A stretch of 45,988 nucleotides of DNA from positions 1 to 45,988 of IMG/VR virus record IMGVR_UViG_3300034147_000018; one strand, 5' to 3'. Below, one piece after another: positions 1 through 7,930 of the stretch (positions are counted from its first letter, which is position 1; each line of letters opens with the position of its first letter). The notes under the pieces are model-generated. The model did no database searches and was not told the DNA's origin. It was given only the letters and a program-made list of their open reading frames with translations. Source of the stretch: a virus (lineage: Duplodnaviria > Caudoviricetes). Position numbers and translations under genes: made by a program.

Positions 1-153
1 TCATGTCCTGCCGGTACGAACTGGACAAGGTGGAGCGTCAACTCGAACAACTGACTGTGCTGAGAGTGAAGGTCGTCGCCAAGATGCAGGAGGAAGCGGC
101 GCGGTAGTTTACCGGGGCTTGTCCGATGTGGGCAGGCCCCGACTTTATTGGAG
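1..153. repeat. Terminal direct repeat, left copy (153 bp; probably the circular-assembly overlap)
   Basis: 1-153 equals 45836-45988 except T127 vs C45962; the repeat starts inside the ORF 45685..45942. Confidence 0.95.
113..149 (+). terminator. Intrinsic terminator-like hairpin
   Basis: CGGGGCTTGTCC-GATGT-GGGCAGGCCCCG stem (with G-U pairs) followed by ACTTTATT, just after the TAG at 105-107. Confidence 0.65.
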
Positions 154-158
154 CGAGT

Positions 159-242
159 GTGTTCAAGGACTTCCGCATCTTCATCTGGTCACTGGTCCTA
201 TCGTGGCTGATAACTCGGCTAATCAGGTGGGTAGCATCATGA
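159..242 (+). CDS. Small hydrophobic peptide (27 aa, MFKDFRIFIWSLVLSWLITRLIRWVAS)
   Basis: GGAG RBS, GTG start, ATGA overlap with the next gene; not in the ORF track. Confidence 0.5.
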   Translation: MFKDFRIFIWSLVLSWLITRLIRWVAS

Positions 243-433
243 GAGTCTACATCATCGTCATGGTGAGGGACATTACCATCTGCTTCCTCGAATCGGTCTG
301 GGATACCTACGAACTAGCGATGGCAGAGCAGCGTCGTCTAGAGAGGATAGCTCCGGGCGAGGAGTACGTCGTCATAGCACGCGACATTAACCAGCGATTC
401 TCTCGTAAGACACACAAAGAGGAGAAGCTATGA
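239..433 (+). CDS. Hypothetical protein
   Basis: ORF 119..433 with likely start ATG 239; ATGA coupling at both ends. Confidence 0.55.
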   Translation: MRVYIIVMVRDITICFLESVWDTYELAMAEQRRLERIAPGEEYVVIARDINQRFSRKTHKEEKL

Positions 434-579
434 TAGGCTGGCTGGGGGTGATACTCAGAGTTCTAACTCTCAAGCCGTGCCAATTCGTGCGGCTCGACAA
501 TGATGAATGGTGGTGCGAGACTCATGGCATCATCATGATCCAGAAGGACGAGCCGACGCTCTGCTCCGATAGGAGATAG
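430..579 (+). CDS. Hypothetical protein (49 aa)
   Basis: GGAG RBS, ATGA overlap, fills the gap before 582. Confidence 0.5.
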   Translation: MIGWLGVILRVLTLKPCQFVRLDNDEWWCETHGIIMIQKDEPTLCSDRR

Positions 580-581
580 CC

Positions 582-881
582 ATGCGCCCTGTCTGTAAGC
601 TCATGCCATACTCCACCTACACTCTAGCCATGCGTGTGCGTGATAGGATACGACGGCAGGGTGGCGGTGAGAGGGTGATTGCTGTCTGTGAGGACTGTAA
701 GAAGTACCATCTTTATGAGGAGCTATTCGACTATGACTTTGCGCGTGAACTATCCCGACTCGCAGAAGCAAGACCGTCTCGTAAGCAAAGAGCAAATCGT
801 CAGGGACATGGTAGGGATGATAAGAAGGGAGACGTGGTCCCGTTCCCAGATCGAAAGTCTCTATCAAGCGGTAGTGAGTAA
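582..881 (+). CDS. Hypothetical Zn-finger-like protein
   Basis: AGGAG RBS; C...CEDCKKYH motif. Confidence 0.6.
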   Translation: MRPVCKLMPYSTYTLAMRVRDRIRRQGGGERVIAVCEDCKKYHLYEELFDYDFARELSRLAEARPSRKQRANRQGHGRDDKKGDVVPFPDRKSLSSGSE

Positions 882-1011
882 GCTCGTCTCCAAGACCTGC
901 TCGAAGTGTCTCAAGGTGAAGCCTGAGCTGGATGGCACCTTCATCTACCCGGATGGAGACATGAGCAAGCCCAAGAGATTCCTCTGCGTAGACTGTAAAG
1001 GGCTACCTTGA
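874..1011 (+). CDS. Small Zn-ribbon protein
   Basis: CSKC...CVDC; probable GTG start at 874 within ORF 679..1011. Confidence 0.5.
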   Translation: MSKLVSKTCSKCLKVKPELDGTFIYPDGDMSKPKRFLCVDCKGLP

Positions 1012-1253
1012 CAGCCAGAATCATAAGGGGTAGAAAGATGGTCATCGCCAATCGTGTCAGGCTGGTTCTCAGAAGTGGTACCAAAATCATCTATGACAGC
1101 GTGACTCAACTGTCATTCACAGACGATGACAAGCACGGTCCTCTGATGCTTATATCTGGTTGGATAAGTGACATCACAGACGACAAGGTCATCACCATCG
1201 ACAAGCACATGCTTAGGGATGTCATCATCATGGACGTCGAGTTCCACTCCTAG
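1008..1253 (+). CDS. Hypothetical protein
   Basis: ORF coupled to the upstream stop. Confidence 0.55.
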   Translation: MTARIIRGRKMVIANRVRLVLRSGTKIIYDSVTQLSFTDDDKHGPLMLISGWISDITDDKVITIDKHMLRDVIIMDVEFHS

Positions 1254-1272
1254 TCTCTAAGCAACTAGACAC

Positions 1273-1301
1273 TTGACTTTTTGTAGCACTCGTGCTATGA
1301 T
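1273..1301 (+). promoter_or_regulatory. Sigma70-type promoter
   Basis: TTGACT-17 bp-TATGAT with extended -10 TG, intergenic. Confidence 0.8.
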
Positions 1302-1360
1302 TAGAAATGGCGCGGGCTGTTCCCATAAACCCTTGCGGGTCTAACACTTAGCGCCAACCC

Positions 1361-1849
1361 ATGCCCGCTCAAGGAATGTCGCCACAAGTGAGGCTCAGAG
1401 ATATGAGTGTGGTTTTCATCGAGTGCAAAACATTTCACGCAGAGTTTCCCGATTGGGTAGACGTCGGGTATGCCTGCTGTGGTGATTGCCATTCTCGTAT
1501 CAATGCCTTGATCTACGTGCGACCATTCAAGCCAGAGTATCCTTCCGACTCTAATGCGGATTGGAGTCTCTGTATCGAAGCCCTTGTCTGCTGCAAGATT
1601 TACGACATGGTCCGTGCCCTTCCGCGTGAGTGGTGGGTCAAGAAGGCCAAAGAGTATGGTGTCTATCGGGACGATAGTCGTGGGTATATCTACTCCGACA
1701 GTCCTGAGAAGAACACTGAGAGACCAGCCCATGCCAGAACAGTCAGCGCGACCATCAAAACCGAGCGCGCGAAAGCAGTCATCCGTCGTCAGCAGGAAGA
1801 GGAAGAAGAAGGTGGCCTCGATGCCTACCTCGCACGTCGTCGCAGGTAA
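1361..1849 (+). CDS. Hypothetical Cys-rich protein (start may be 1403)
   Basis: ORF downstream of the promoter; CCGDCH and VCC motifs. Confidence 0.6.
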   Translation: MPAQGMSPQVRLRDMSVVFIECKTFHAEFPDWVDVGYACCGDCHSRINALIYVRPFKPEYPSDSNADWSLCIEALVCCKIYDMVRALPREWWVKKAKEYGVYRDDSRGYIYSDSPEKNTERPAHARTVSATIKTERAKAVIRRQQEEEEEGGLDAYLARRRR

Positions 1850-2063
1850 GATCAGTAGGCGCATCCTTGACGAATACACAAAGGGCTATGAGCAGGGCTT
1901 CGAGTCTGCGTCTGGGACTTATGGAAGCTACTTCCTCATGAGTCAGCTAGAGGTCGAGGACATCATCGCTGTAATGGATAGGATGTATATCGACCACGAG
2001 AAGCACGCTCTCACTCACGGAACGCTGCGAAGGATGAACGACTATGTGCGACGTATGCGATAA
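1821..2063 (+). CDS. Hypothetical protein
   Basis: 3' part of ORF 1554..2063, ATG 1821 with GAAGG RBS. Confidence 0.5.
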   Translation: MPTSHVVAGKISRRILDEYTKGYEQGFESASGTYGSYFLMSQLEVEDIIAVMDRMYIDHEKHALTHGTLRRMNDYVRRMR

Positions 2064-2382
2064 GCTGGAGTCCTACATTCACATCCTCGATGGGCTTGAT
2101 GCTCACACCGAGATGTGGAAGGCAGCGATCCACGAGCTTGGGACCAATCCAGCTTACGCAGATGATGTAGCCAGTGGACACTTTGCCACCATCCAGCAGG
2201 CCGACGAGGAAGCTCAACGTGTCAACTTCATCTGCAAACTAACAACTCGCTATGCTGCGATGCACAATCTAGACCCCGTGATTCTCGTAACCATTTTCGC
2301 TGGTGCTGTCCAGATGGAGTGGTCGAGCGCGCACAGGAAGAAGGATAGCATCGACAGGAAGTTAGAGGAGTATGAATCCTGA
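2044..2382 (+). CDS. Hypothetical protein
   Basis: ORF coupled within the operon. Confidence 0.6.
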   Translation: MCDVCDKLESYIHILDGLDAHTEMWKAAIHELGTNPAYADDVASGHFATIQQADEEAQRVNFICKLTTRYAAMHNLDPVILVTIFAGAVQMEWSSAHRKKDSIDRKLEEYES

Positions 2383-3265
2383 TCCCGAACAGGTAATCTT
2401 CAAGCTCGACTCTCAGATCCTGAACTCTATGGATCTGTGCTGGGAGAGGTATAACCTCGAACATATCCAGAACTGGCGTCCTGCTCAGAAGGCTGCTGCT
2501 CTGGAGCGTGGGTCTGCGTTTCACAGGATGGTGCGATACTACTACGTTGAGAAGCGAAAGGGTCGAGCCATCCTCGGAGAGCACTCGAAGGTCGTAGAGG
2601 AAGCAGCTATGGTCGGTCGGCTCTATGCTGCTCAGTCCTCCATGTCAATGGACGACTTTGATGATGACCTTCGTGTGTTCAAGGAGTATATCCTCAAGTG
2701 GCAGTACGACGGCTGGGAAATTCTCGACATCGAGCAGCCATTCACGAAAGTCCTTTACGAGTCACCATTCCTCAAGATTCTATATGAGGGTGTGGTTGAC
2801 ATGAGGATTCGTGACCCCAAGATAGGCGAGGCAGTCGTAGACCACAAGACTGAGAGCCGCAAGTCCTATCCCTACATCCTCTCGAATCAGTTTCAAGGTT
2901 ACGAGTGGGCCTTCGATCTCCCCGTCATTGTCAATAAGGTAGGCTATCAGACCTCACTTCCTGCTGATGAGAAGTTCCGTCGGTTAGAGCATAGGTCTGG
3001 TGCCTTCGCTATAGAGGAGTGGAAGAAGGACACCATTCTGACTGTGATGGATGCGGTCGAGCGTCACAAGACAGGTGTGTTTCCCAAGAATCGGACGTCG
3101 TGTGACAAGTATAGTGGCTGTATCTTTCAGAGGGTCTGCAAGGTTCCTCCTGAAACCAGACCATTCAAGCTGCAAGCCTACTTCTACAAGGCCGATCCGT
3201 GGGACCCTTACGCCAGAGACGACGACGATGTGAGAGAGGACGAGGCAGTCAAGGAGTCGGCATGA
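2372..3265 (+). CDS. Cas4-like PD-(D/E)XK exonuclease
   Basis: GSAFH, GVVD...VVDHKT, QxxxY motifs; 1+3 Cys arrangement (DLCW ... CDKYSGCIFQRVC) typical of Fe-S Cas4/RecB-like nucleases. Confidence 0.85.
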   Translation: MNPDPEQVIFKLDSQILNSMDLCWERYNLEHIQNWRPAQKAAALERGSAFHRMVRYYYVEKRKGRAILGEHSKVVEEAAMVGRLYAAQSSMSMDDFDDDLRVFKEYILKWQYDGWEILDIEQPFTKVLYESPFLKILYEGVVDMRIRDPKIGEAVVDHKTESRKSYPYILSNQFQGYEWAFDLPVIVNKVGYQTSLPADEKFRRLEHRSGAFAIEEWKKDTILTVMDAVERHKTGVFPKNRTSCDKYSGCIFQRVCKVPPETRPFKLQAYFYKADPWDPYARDDDDVREDEAVKESA

Positions 3266-3441
3266 GTAGTGGACCTGACTGGGACAAGTGGATCGAGGCC
3301 ATTCTAACTGATGGTGTAAACCTCTCCACTTGGGAAACAGACTTCGTTGAGTCGATTGAGATACAGCGTAAGTCTGGTCGGCAACTCAGTGACAAGCAGG
3401 CGGAAATACTCGAAAGGATTTACGCGGAGAAAACCCCGTAG
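3262..3441 (+). CDS. Conserved-looking small phage protein
   Basis: AAGGAG RBS, ATG 3262; LSxWExDFVESI...LSDKQxxxLxRI pattern. Confidence 0.65.
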   Translation: MSSGPDWDKWIEAILTDGVNLSTWETDFVESIEIQRKSGRQLSDKQAEILERIYAEKTP

Positions 3442-3449
3442 GAGACAGC

Positions 3450-3686
3450 ATGAATATCATCGAGACTCTATCTCAGTTCGAGCGCGCGTTGGTCAAGAAG
3501 CTCGGACACCAGAAGCGCATACTCAAGCAGATTCGTAGCATCATCAAGGGGCTGAAGGTCAACGGCGAGAGAAAGAGCAAGCCGAAGGAAAAGAAACCCG
3601 GTAGACGCAAGCTCACACCCGCCGAGCGCGCACGGATCTCCATCGCCATGAAAAAGAGGTGGGCACAGAAGGGCGTTGACAAGTGA
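3450..3686 (+). CDS. Basic coiled-coil, nucleoid-associated-like DNA-binding protein
   Basis: N-terminal coiled coil; C-terminal RRKLTPAERARISIAMKKRWA. Confidence 0.6.
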   Translation: MNIIETLSQFERALVKKLGHQKRILKQIRSIIKGLKVNGERKSKPKEKKPGRRKLTPAERARISIAMKKRWAQKGVDK

Positions 3687-3904
3687 GACGGCAGCGACCC
3701 ATCACAGGTGGACGAACACCCCTACCTTCCTGTGTCATCGGACGGATACGTGAGAAGGTAAACGATGAGGCCATACGCTTCGACGTCAGCCGCTCATTCG
3801 TCGTAGCTACAGCTCTAGCTCATGCCTTTGGTATCTCCGAGCAAGAGGATTATCATAGGCTCAACTCTAATCACCGAGCTAAACCTCGAAAGAAGAAGCG
3901 ATGA
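3683..3904 (+). CDS. Ribbon-helix-helix-like DNA-binding protein
   Basis: strand-helix-helix pattern LPSCV...IREKVNDEAIRFDVSRSFVVATAL. Confidence 0.55.
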   Translation: MRRQRPITGGRTPLPSCVIGRIREKVNDEAIRFDVSRSFVVATALAHAFGISEQEDYHRLNSNHRAKPRKKKR

Positions 3905-4197
3905 GCAAGCGCAAGTCTCACATCCACAAGTACAAGAAAGTCCCTTTCGGCAACAAGGGGACCATTGTCTTTCGTTGCATGATCCCCGGCTGTTCCCACT
4001 ATCTACATGAGGAGATGGTGCGGAATCAGAAGTCGCTCTGTTGGAAGTGCAATACCATCTTCGTGATGACTCCTGACAAGATGAGGCGGCAGAAGCCTCG
4101 GTGCGATAAGTGTCAGTGGGCCAGTGGATCAGGGAAGAAGAAGGAGATGCAAGGTCTTTCCATCGAGAGCCTTGACTCGTTACTGGAGAATCTGTAA
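3901..4197 (+). CDS. Zn-finger protein
   Basis: HxH, CxxxxC, CWKC and CDKC motifs. Confidence 0.65.
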   Translation: MSKRKSHIHKYKKVPFGNKGTIVFRCMIPGCSHYLHEEMVRNQKSLCWKCNTIFVMTPDKMRRQKPRCDKCQWASGSGKKKEMQGLSIESLDSLLENL

Positions 4198-5042
4198 TGC
4201 CACTGACAGCAGACATCACACTAGGCGGTCGATTCATGGGTCTATTCGTCGGTGCTAATGGGACCGGCAAGACCATCGCGGCTGCCTCATTTCCCGGCCC
4301 GGTTCTCATCCTCGACTTTGATGGGCGCGTGCGTCCGGTTCGATTCTTCTATCCCAAACGTAGGGACATTGAGTATTGGACTGTAGGGTTGGAAGGCGAC
4401 AACCGTAAGGACGTTATCGGGTTCATCGAGTTCTGCGACCGCCTTGAGAAACTGCAAGACCGCTGTCCTTACGAGACAGTGATCATTGATTCATATACCT
4501 CTTACTCAGGCACGGCTATCCTACACCAGATGGGATACAAGGATGCCAAAGACGTCAAGCGGACGAAGGGTGGTCTGCCTATCCCAGATTGGGATGAGTA
4601 CAAAGGCGAGACAGGCGTAGCCCTTCAGATCCTCGAAGTCGCCAAGTCCTTGCCTGCCCACTTCATCATGACAGCCCATCCAGTCAGCAAGGCGACGACA
4701 ACTAAGCAAGGGGGCAGCACTAACGAAGTCCTAGCCTCCATGATCAAGTCGTCTACCCTCGCTACCTATGGATGGAAAACGGTTTCATTCCTCCCCAACT
4801 ACTTCGACGAGATGTATTACTTCTTCAATGAAGTCTCGTCGCAGATGGGGCAGATCATCGAGCGCAAGATCCAGACTGTCTCGGTCGGTGAGATTGTAGC
4901 CAAGACTGCGCTGCCTCTCCCGGCCACAATCAACGTGACTGGTAAGCCTTTCTATCCTGTATTGCAGGCGATCTTGAAGGAGTATGACATCAAGATGCAG
5001 GAAAAGGCGAAGGCAGAAGGAGGTGTGGAAGTAGCCGTCTAG
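4197..5042 (+). CDS. P-loop ATPase, Sak4/AAA_24-like single-strand annealing recombinase
   Basis: Walker A GANGTGKT, LILDFDG, VIIDS, TAH; lies between the nuclease and the SSB. Confidence 0.8.
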   Translation: MPLTADITLGGRFMGLFVGANGTGKTIAAASFPGPVLILDFDGRVRPVRFFYPKRRDIEYWTVGLEGDNRKDVIGFIEFCDRLEKLQDRCPYETVIIDSYTSYSGTAILHQMGYKDAKDVKRTKGGLPIPDWDEYKGETGVALQILEVAKSLPAHFIMTAHPVSKATTTKQGGSTNEVLASMIKSSTLATYGWKTVSFLPNYFDEMYYFFNEVSSQMGQIIERKIQTVSVGEIVAKTALPLPATINVTGKPFYPVLQAILKEYDIKMQEKAKAEGGVEVAV

Positions 5043-5091
5043 TCGAGTCACCGTTTACACGAACGAACCAATCACAGAGGAGAACAGACAC

Positions 5092-5547
5092 ATGCCACGG
5101 ATGCAGATCAACCCCGAGGATTTCAAGCGGGCGAAACTCGTCAAGCCCGGTTGGTATCCGACTCTGATCAAGGAAGTCGTCGAGGAACTGGCAAGCGACA
5201 AGCAGAGCATGAACATTGTGCTCGACATCGAGAACGCCGACAAGGAGACCGAGTTCATCGGTGTCCCTGCGAAGCACTGGCTCACGGAGAAGTTTCCACA
5301 GGGAGCCGTTGCTCTCGTCAAGGCGTTCTACCCGACCATCAGCGAGTCCGCTGTTGCCGACATCGAGTTCGGTGACTTCAAGGGCAAGTACATCTACGCC
5401 AAGTGGGGGACCTCGCGCGGCAAGGATGGAACGCAGCCTCCGCGGAACGCCATCGAGGACTGGGCACCACTCCCAAGCAAGTACGGTCATCTGAACGTCG
5501 CGACGGAGCAGGGAGCAGCGGCGTCAGTTGCGGGTTTCGGTCAGTAA
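5092..5547 (+). CDS. DUF669-like single-stranded DNA-binding protein
   Basis: LVKPGWYPTLI N-terminus, OB-fold-like strands, follows the Sak4-like gene; GAGGAG RBS. Confidence 0.65.
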   Translation: MPRMQINPEDFKRAKLVKPGWYPTLIKEVVEELASDKQSMNIVLDIENADKETEFIGVPAKHWLTEKFPQGAVALVKAFYPTISESAVADIEFGDFKGKYIYAKWGTSRGKDGTQPPRNAIEDWAPLPSKYGHLNVATEQGAAASVAGFGQ

Positions 5548-5554
5548 CTAGACG

Positions 5555-5593
5555 GGGTGCAACGGTGATCCACATAGCGACATCGTTGCACCC
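5555..5593 (+). terminator. Strong intergenic hairpin
   Basis: GGGTGCAACGGTG / CATCGTTGCACCC 13-bp stem, then TACTTCT. Confidence 0.6.
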
Positions 5594-5645
5594 TACTTCT
5601 GACTGGATTCGTAGACTCTTTACTCAACCTCAGGAGAATACGGAC

Positions 5646-5864
5646 ATGGCCGACAAGTTGGTTCTCGGTAGCAAGATGAAGATCATCGACATCGCTTCGG
5701 ACGAGAAGAAGCTCAACCTCATCGACCCCGTCGACAGAGACAGGCTCGAACACGAGAGCGAGGAAGGCAAGGAGTCAGAGGAGAGCGACGACGAGGATGA
5801 GGATGACTCGGACGACGACTCCGATGACGATGATGACGACGAGGACGAGAAGGACGACGAGTAG
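5646..5864 (+). CDS. Small, extremely acidic protein (72 aa)
   Basis: AGGAG RBS, ATG 5646; C-terminal half is almost all D/E/S. Confidence 0.7.
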   Translation: MADKLVLGSKMKIIDIASDEKKLNLIDPVDRDRLEHESEEGKESEESDDEDEDDSDDDSDDDDDDEDEKDDE

Positions 5865-5870
5865 CTAGTA

Positions 5871-5909
5871 GGCGGGGCTGTCTGTGCGCGTTGCATGGAT
5901 GGCCCCGTT
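5871..5909 (+). terminator. Intergenic hairpin
   Basis: GGCGGGGCTGTCTGTGC / GCATGGATGGCCCCGTT stem with G-U pairs. Confidence 0.55.
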
Positions 5910-5928
5910 CTACGAGAAGGAGAGGAGA

Positions 5929-6060
5929 ATGAAGCTACTACTTATCCCACTGGTAGACTTGATCTACTTCTTCAGGGGGACATGGCGTAGGCTACGCGAC
6001 CTTGTTCACGAGAGCCGACAGGATTACGTCAGCTCCGACTGTCTCAAGCGTTATCTCTAG
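5929..6060 (+). CDS. Hypothetical protein (43 aa)
   Basis: strong AGGAGAGGAG RBS; not in the ORF track. Confidence 0.55.
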   Translation: MKLLLIPLVDLIYFFRGTWRRLRDLVHESRQDYVSSDCLKRYL

Positions 6061-6069
6061 GAGAACTGT

Positions 6070-6318
6070 ATGGGTATTCGTATCTTGTATGACAGCGACA
6101 ACGCCGCGATGTACAGTAGCACTACTGATTGGGCGTTCGGTCCTGTCTTGTCCGATGATGGAGTGCATGACGCATCGGAACGTCTGGAGTTGTTCATCGA
6201 GTATCTCCGGCCACGTGACCCCCGTTCGTTCTCTGACTCTGAATTGGAAGCTAAATACATCGAGTGGCGGTCACAGGAAGCGGCTCAGTGGAAGGCTAAA
6301 GAGGACGAAGAAAAATGA
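6070..6318 (+). CDS. Hypothetical protein
   Basis: AGGAG RBS, ATGA overlap with the ParB gene. Confidence 0.7.
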   Translation: MGIRILYDSDNAAMYSSTTDWAFGPVLSDDGVHDASERLELFIEYLRPRDPRSFSDSELEAKYIEWRSQEAAQWKAKEDEEK

Positions 6319-7595
6319 AGCTCTCAATAGCTGAGATAGAGGTAGAGAACCCAACTCCAGAGGTAGACCCCGAGCAGTTACAGGGTATCACTGACTCCTT
6401 CCTTGAGGTAGGGCAGTCGCACCCCATAATTGTTCGCCCCGCGAACGGTAAGTATCTTTTGGTATCCGGGGAGAAAAGGTTGCTCGCTGCCATCAAATTG
6501 GGATGGACTGAAATCGAGTCGGAGATACGTGAGGTTTCGCTTGACGATGGCAAGGTCATTAGGCTGCATGAGAATCTCCGGCGCTTCAATCTCCCGTGGT
6601 GGGAGCAGGTCGTCCTCGTTGAGCAATTACATCTACTGCGTCAAGGGCAGCATGGTGTAGCTCCGAGTGGACGACCGAAGCAGGATGAGAAGCAGGGCTG
6701 GTCTCTAAGAGATACAGCCGCAGAGTTAGGCTCCGCTCTGGGCACACTGTCCGAGGACCTGACTCTAGCACGCGCGCTCCGAAATGATCCTACCCTATCC
6801 AAAGTCAAGGACAAGAAAACAGCCATACGTCTAGCTCGCATAGCTGTGCAACGATACGAGTCTGAGCTTGAGGCAGGGCTAGCACCTAAGTTCGACTATG
6901 ATCAAGTGTTCTTCGGTGACTCAGCTAGCATCCTAAAGCAGCTTCCACCCAACTCTATAAACCATGCAATCACTGACCCACCCTGGATTCGCTTCTTCGA
7001 TAACTCGCTTCGTCTAGACGATAGGACACTCCCTGTTTTCAAGGAACTCTATCGCGTGATGAGGTTCAATAGCTTTGTCTACATCTTCTGTGGCTTGGAT
7101 GACTATGACTACTATGCAGGTCATACTGAGCCAGACAAGAACAATCCAGCCGAGAGAGTTCAAGTAAGTGGGAAGCTGCAAGATATAGGCTTCAATGTCT
7201 CCAACACACCAATCATCTGGCAGAAGGAGAACTCCCTAACTCGTAGAGGTGTGCGGGCATGGGAATACGATAGGGACTTTGAGTTCATTATCGTCGCAGC
7301 TAAGGGAAATCCTACCCTCACCACATCTCGCCGCCTCTCAGGGATCAAGTCCTTTCCAATCGTCCCACCAGTGAAGATGATTCATCCTAACGAGAAGCCT
7401 CTAGCTTTGATCGAGGACATCATCACTGACTGTTCCTACGAGAACGAAATCATCATTGATCCATTCGCTGGATCTGGTGTGCTTGCCGAGGCTTGTATTA
7501 GGACCAAGAGAAAGTACACTCTCTGCGAGCGGGATAAGAGCTCATATGATGGGATTCTCAAGCGAATCGAGGAAGCTCGAAAGGAGAAGAAGTGA
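6315..7595 (+). CDS. ParB/Spo0J-like domain + HTH fused to a beta-class N6A/N4C DNA methyltransferase
   Basis: GQSHPIIVR, SGEKRL, ENLRR (ParB); WSLRDTAAELG...LSEDL (HTH); TDPPW motif IV, HPNEKP, DPFAGSG motif I. Confidence 0.9.
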   Translation: MKLSIAEIEVENPTPEVDPEQLQGITDSFLEVGQSHPIIVRPANGKYLLVSGEKRLLAAIKLGWTEIESEIREVSLDDGKVIRLHENLRRFNLPWWEQVVLVEQLHLLRQGQHGVAPSGRPKQDEKQGWSLRDTAAELGSALGTLSEDLTLARALRNDPTLSKVKDKKTAIRLARIAVQRYESELEAGLAPKFDYDQVFFGDSASILKQLPPNSINHAITDPPWIRFFDNSLRLDDRTLPVFKELYRVMRFNSFVYIFCGLDDYDYYAGHTEPDKNNPAERVQVSGKLQDIGFNVSNTPIIWQKENSLTRRGVRAWEYDRDFEFIIVAAKGNPTLTTSRRLSGIKSFPIVPPVKMIHPNEKPLALIEDIITDCSYENEIIIDPFAGSGVLAEACIRTKRKYTLCERDKSSYDGILKRIEEARKEKK

Positions 7596-7930
7596 TACGG
7601 GTCATCTTGGAAAGCCCTCTCAAGTCTGATACCCTAGAGGGAATGGAAGCGAACAAAGTGTATGCCCGCCAGTGTATGATGGACTGCATCATGAACTATG
7701 GTGAGGCTCCTTTCGCATCGCACCTTCTCTATGAGGGTACGGGTTTATTGGACGACACTAATCAGAGGCAGCGAACTCTAGGCATTAAGATGGGTTACGT
7801 CTGGGGTAAGATGGCTCACAAGGTAGTCGTCTACACAGACCACGGTATCACAGTCGGTATGAAGATCAACATCGACTACTACACTCACGAAGGTATCCCC
7901 CTAGAGTATAGACGACTCCACAATGCCTAA
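7592..7930 (+). CDS. Nucleoside deoxyribosyltransferase-fold (DUF4406-like) protein
   Basis: VILESP, GEAPFASHLLY, LDD, VVVYTDHGITxGM motifs. Confidence 0.6.
   Translation: MIRVILESPLKSDTLEGMEANKVYARQCMMDCIMNYGEAPFASHLLYEGTGLLDDTNQRQRTLGIKMGYVWGKMAHKVVVYTDHGITVGMKINIDYYTHEGIPLEYRRLHNA

Noticed and set aside
2372-3265. Cas4-like gene as a sign of a CRISPR system
   Set aside because: No repeat-spacer array or other cas genes seen; the context (Sak4-like ATPase, SSB) indicates a recombination nuclease
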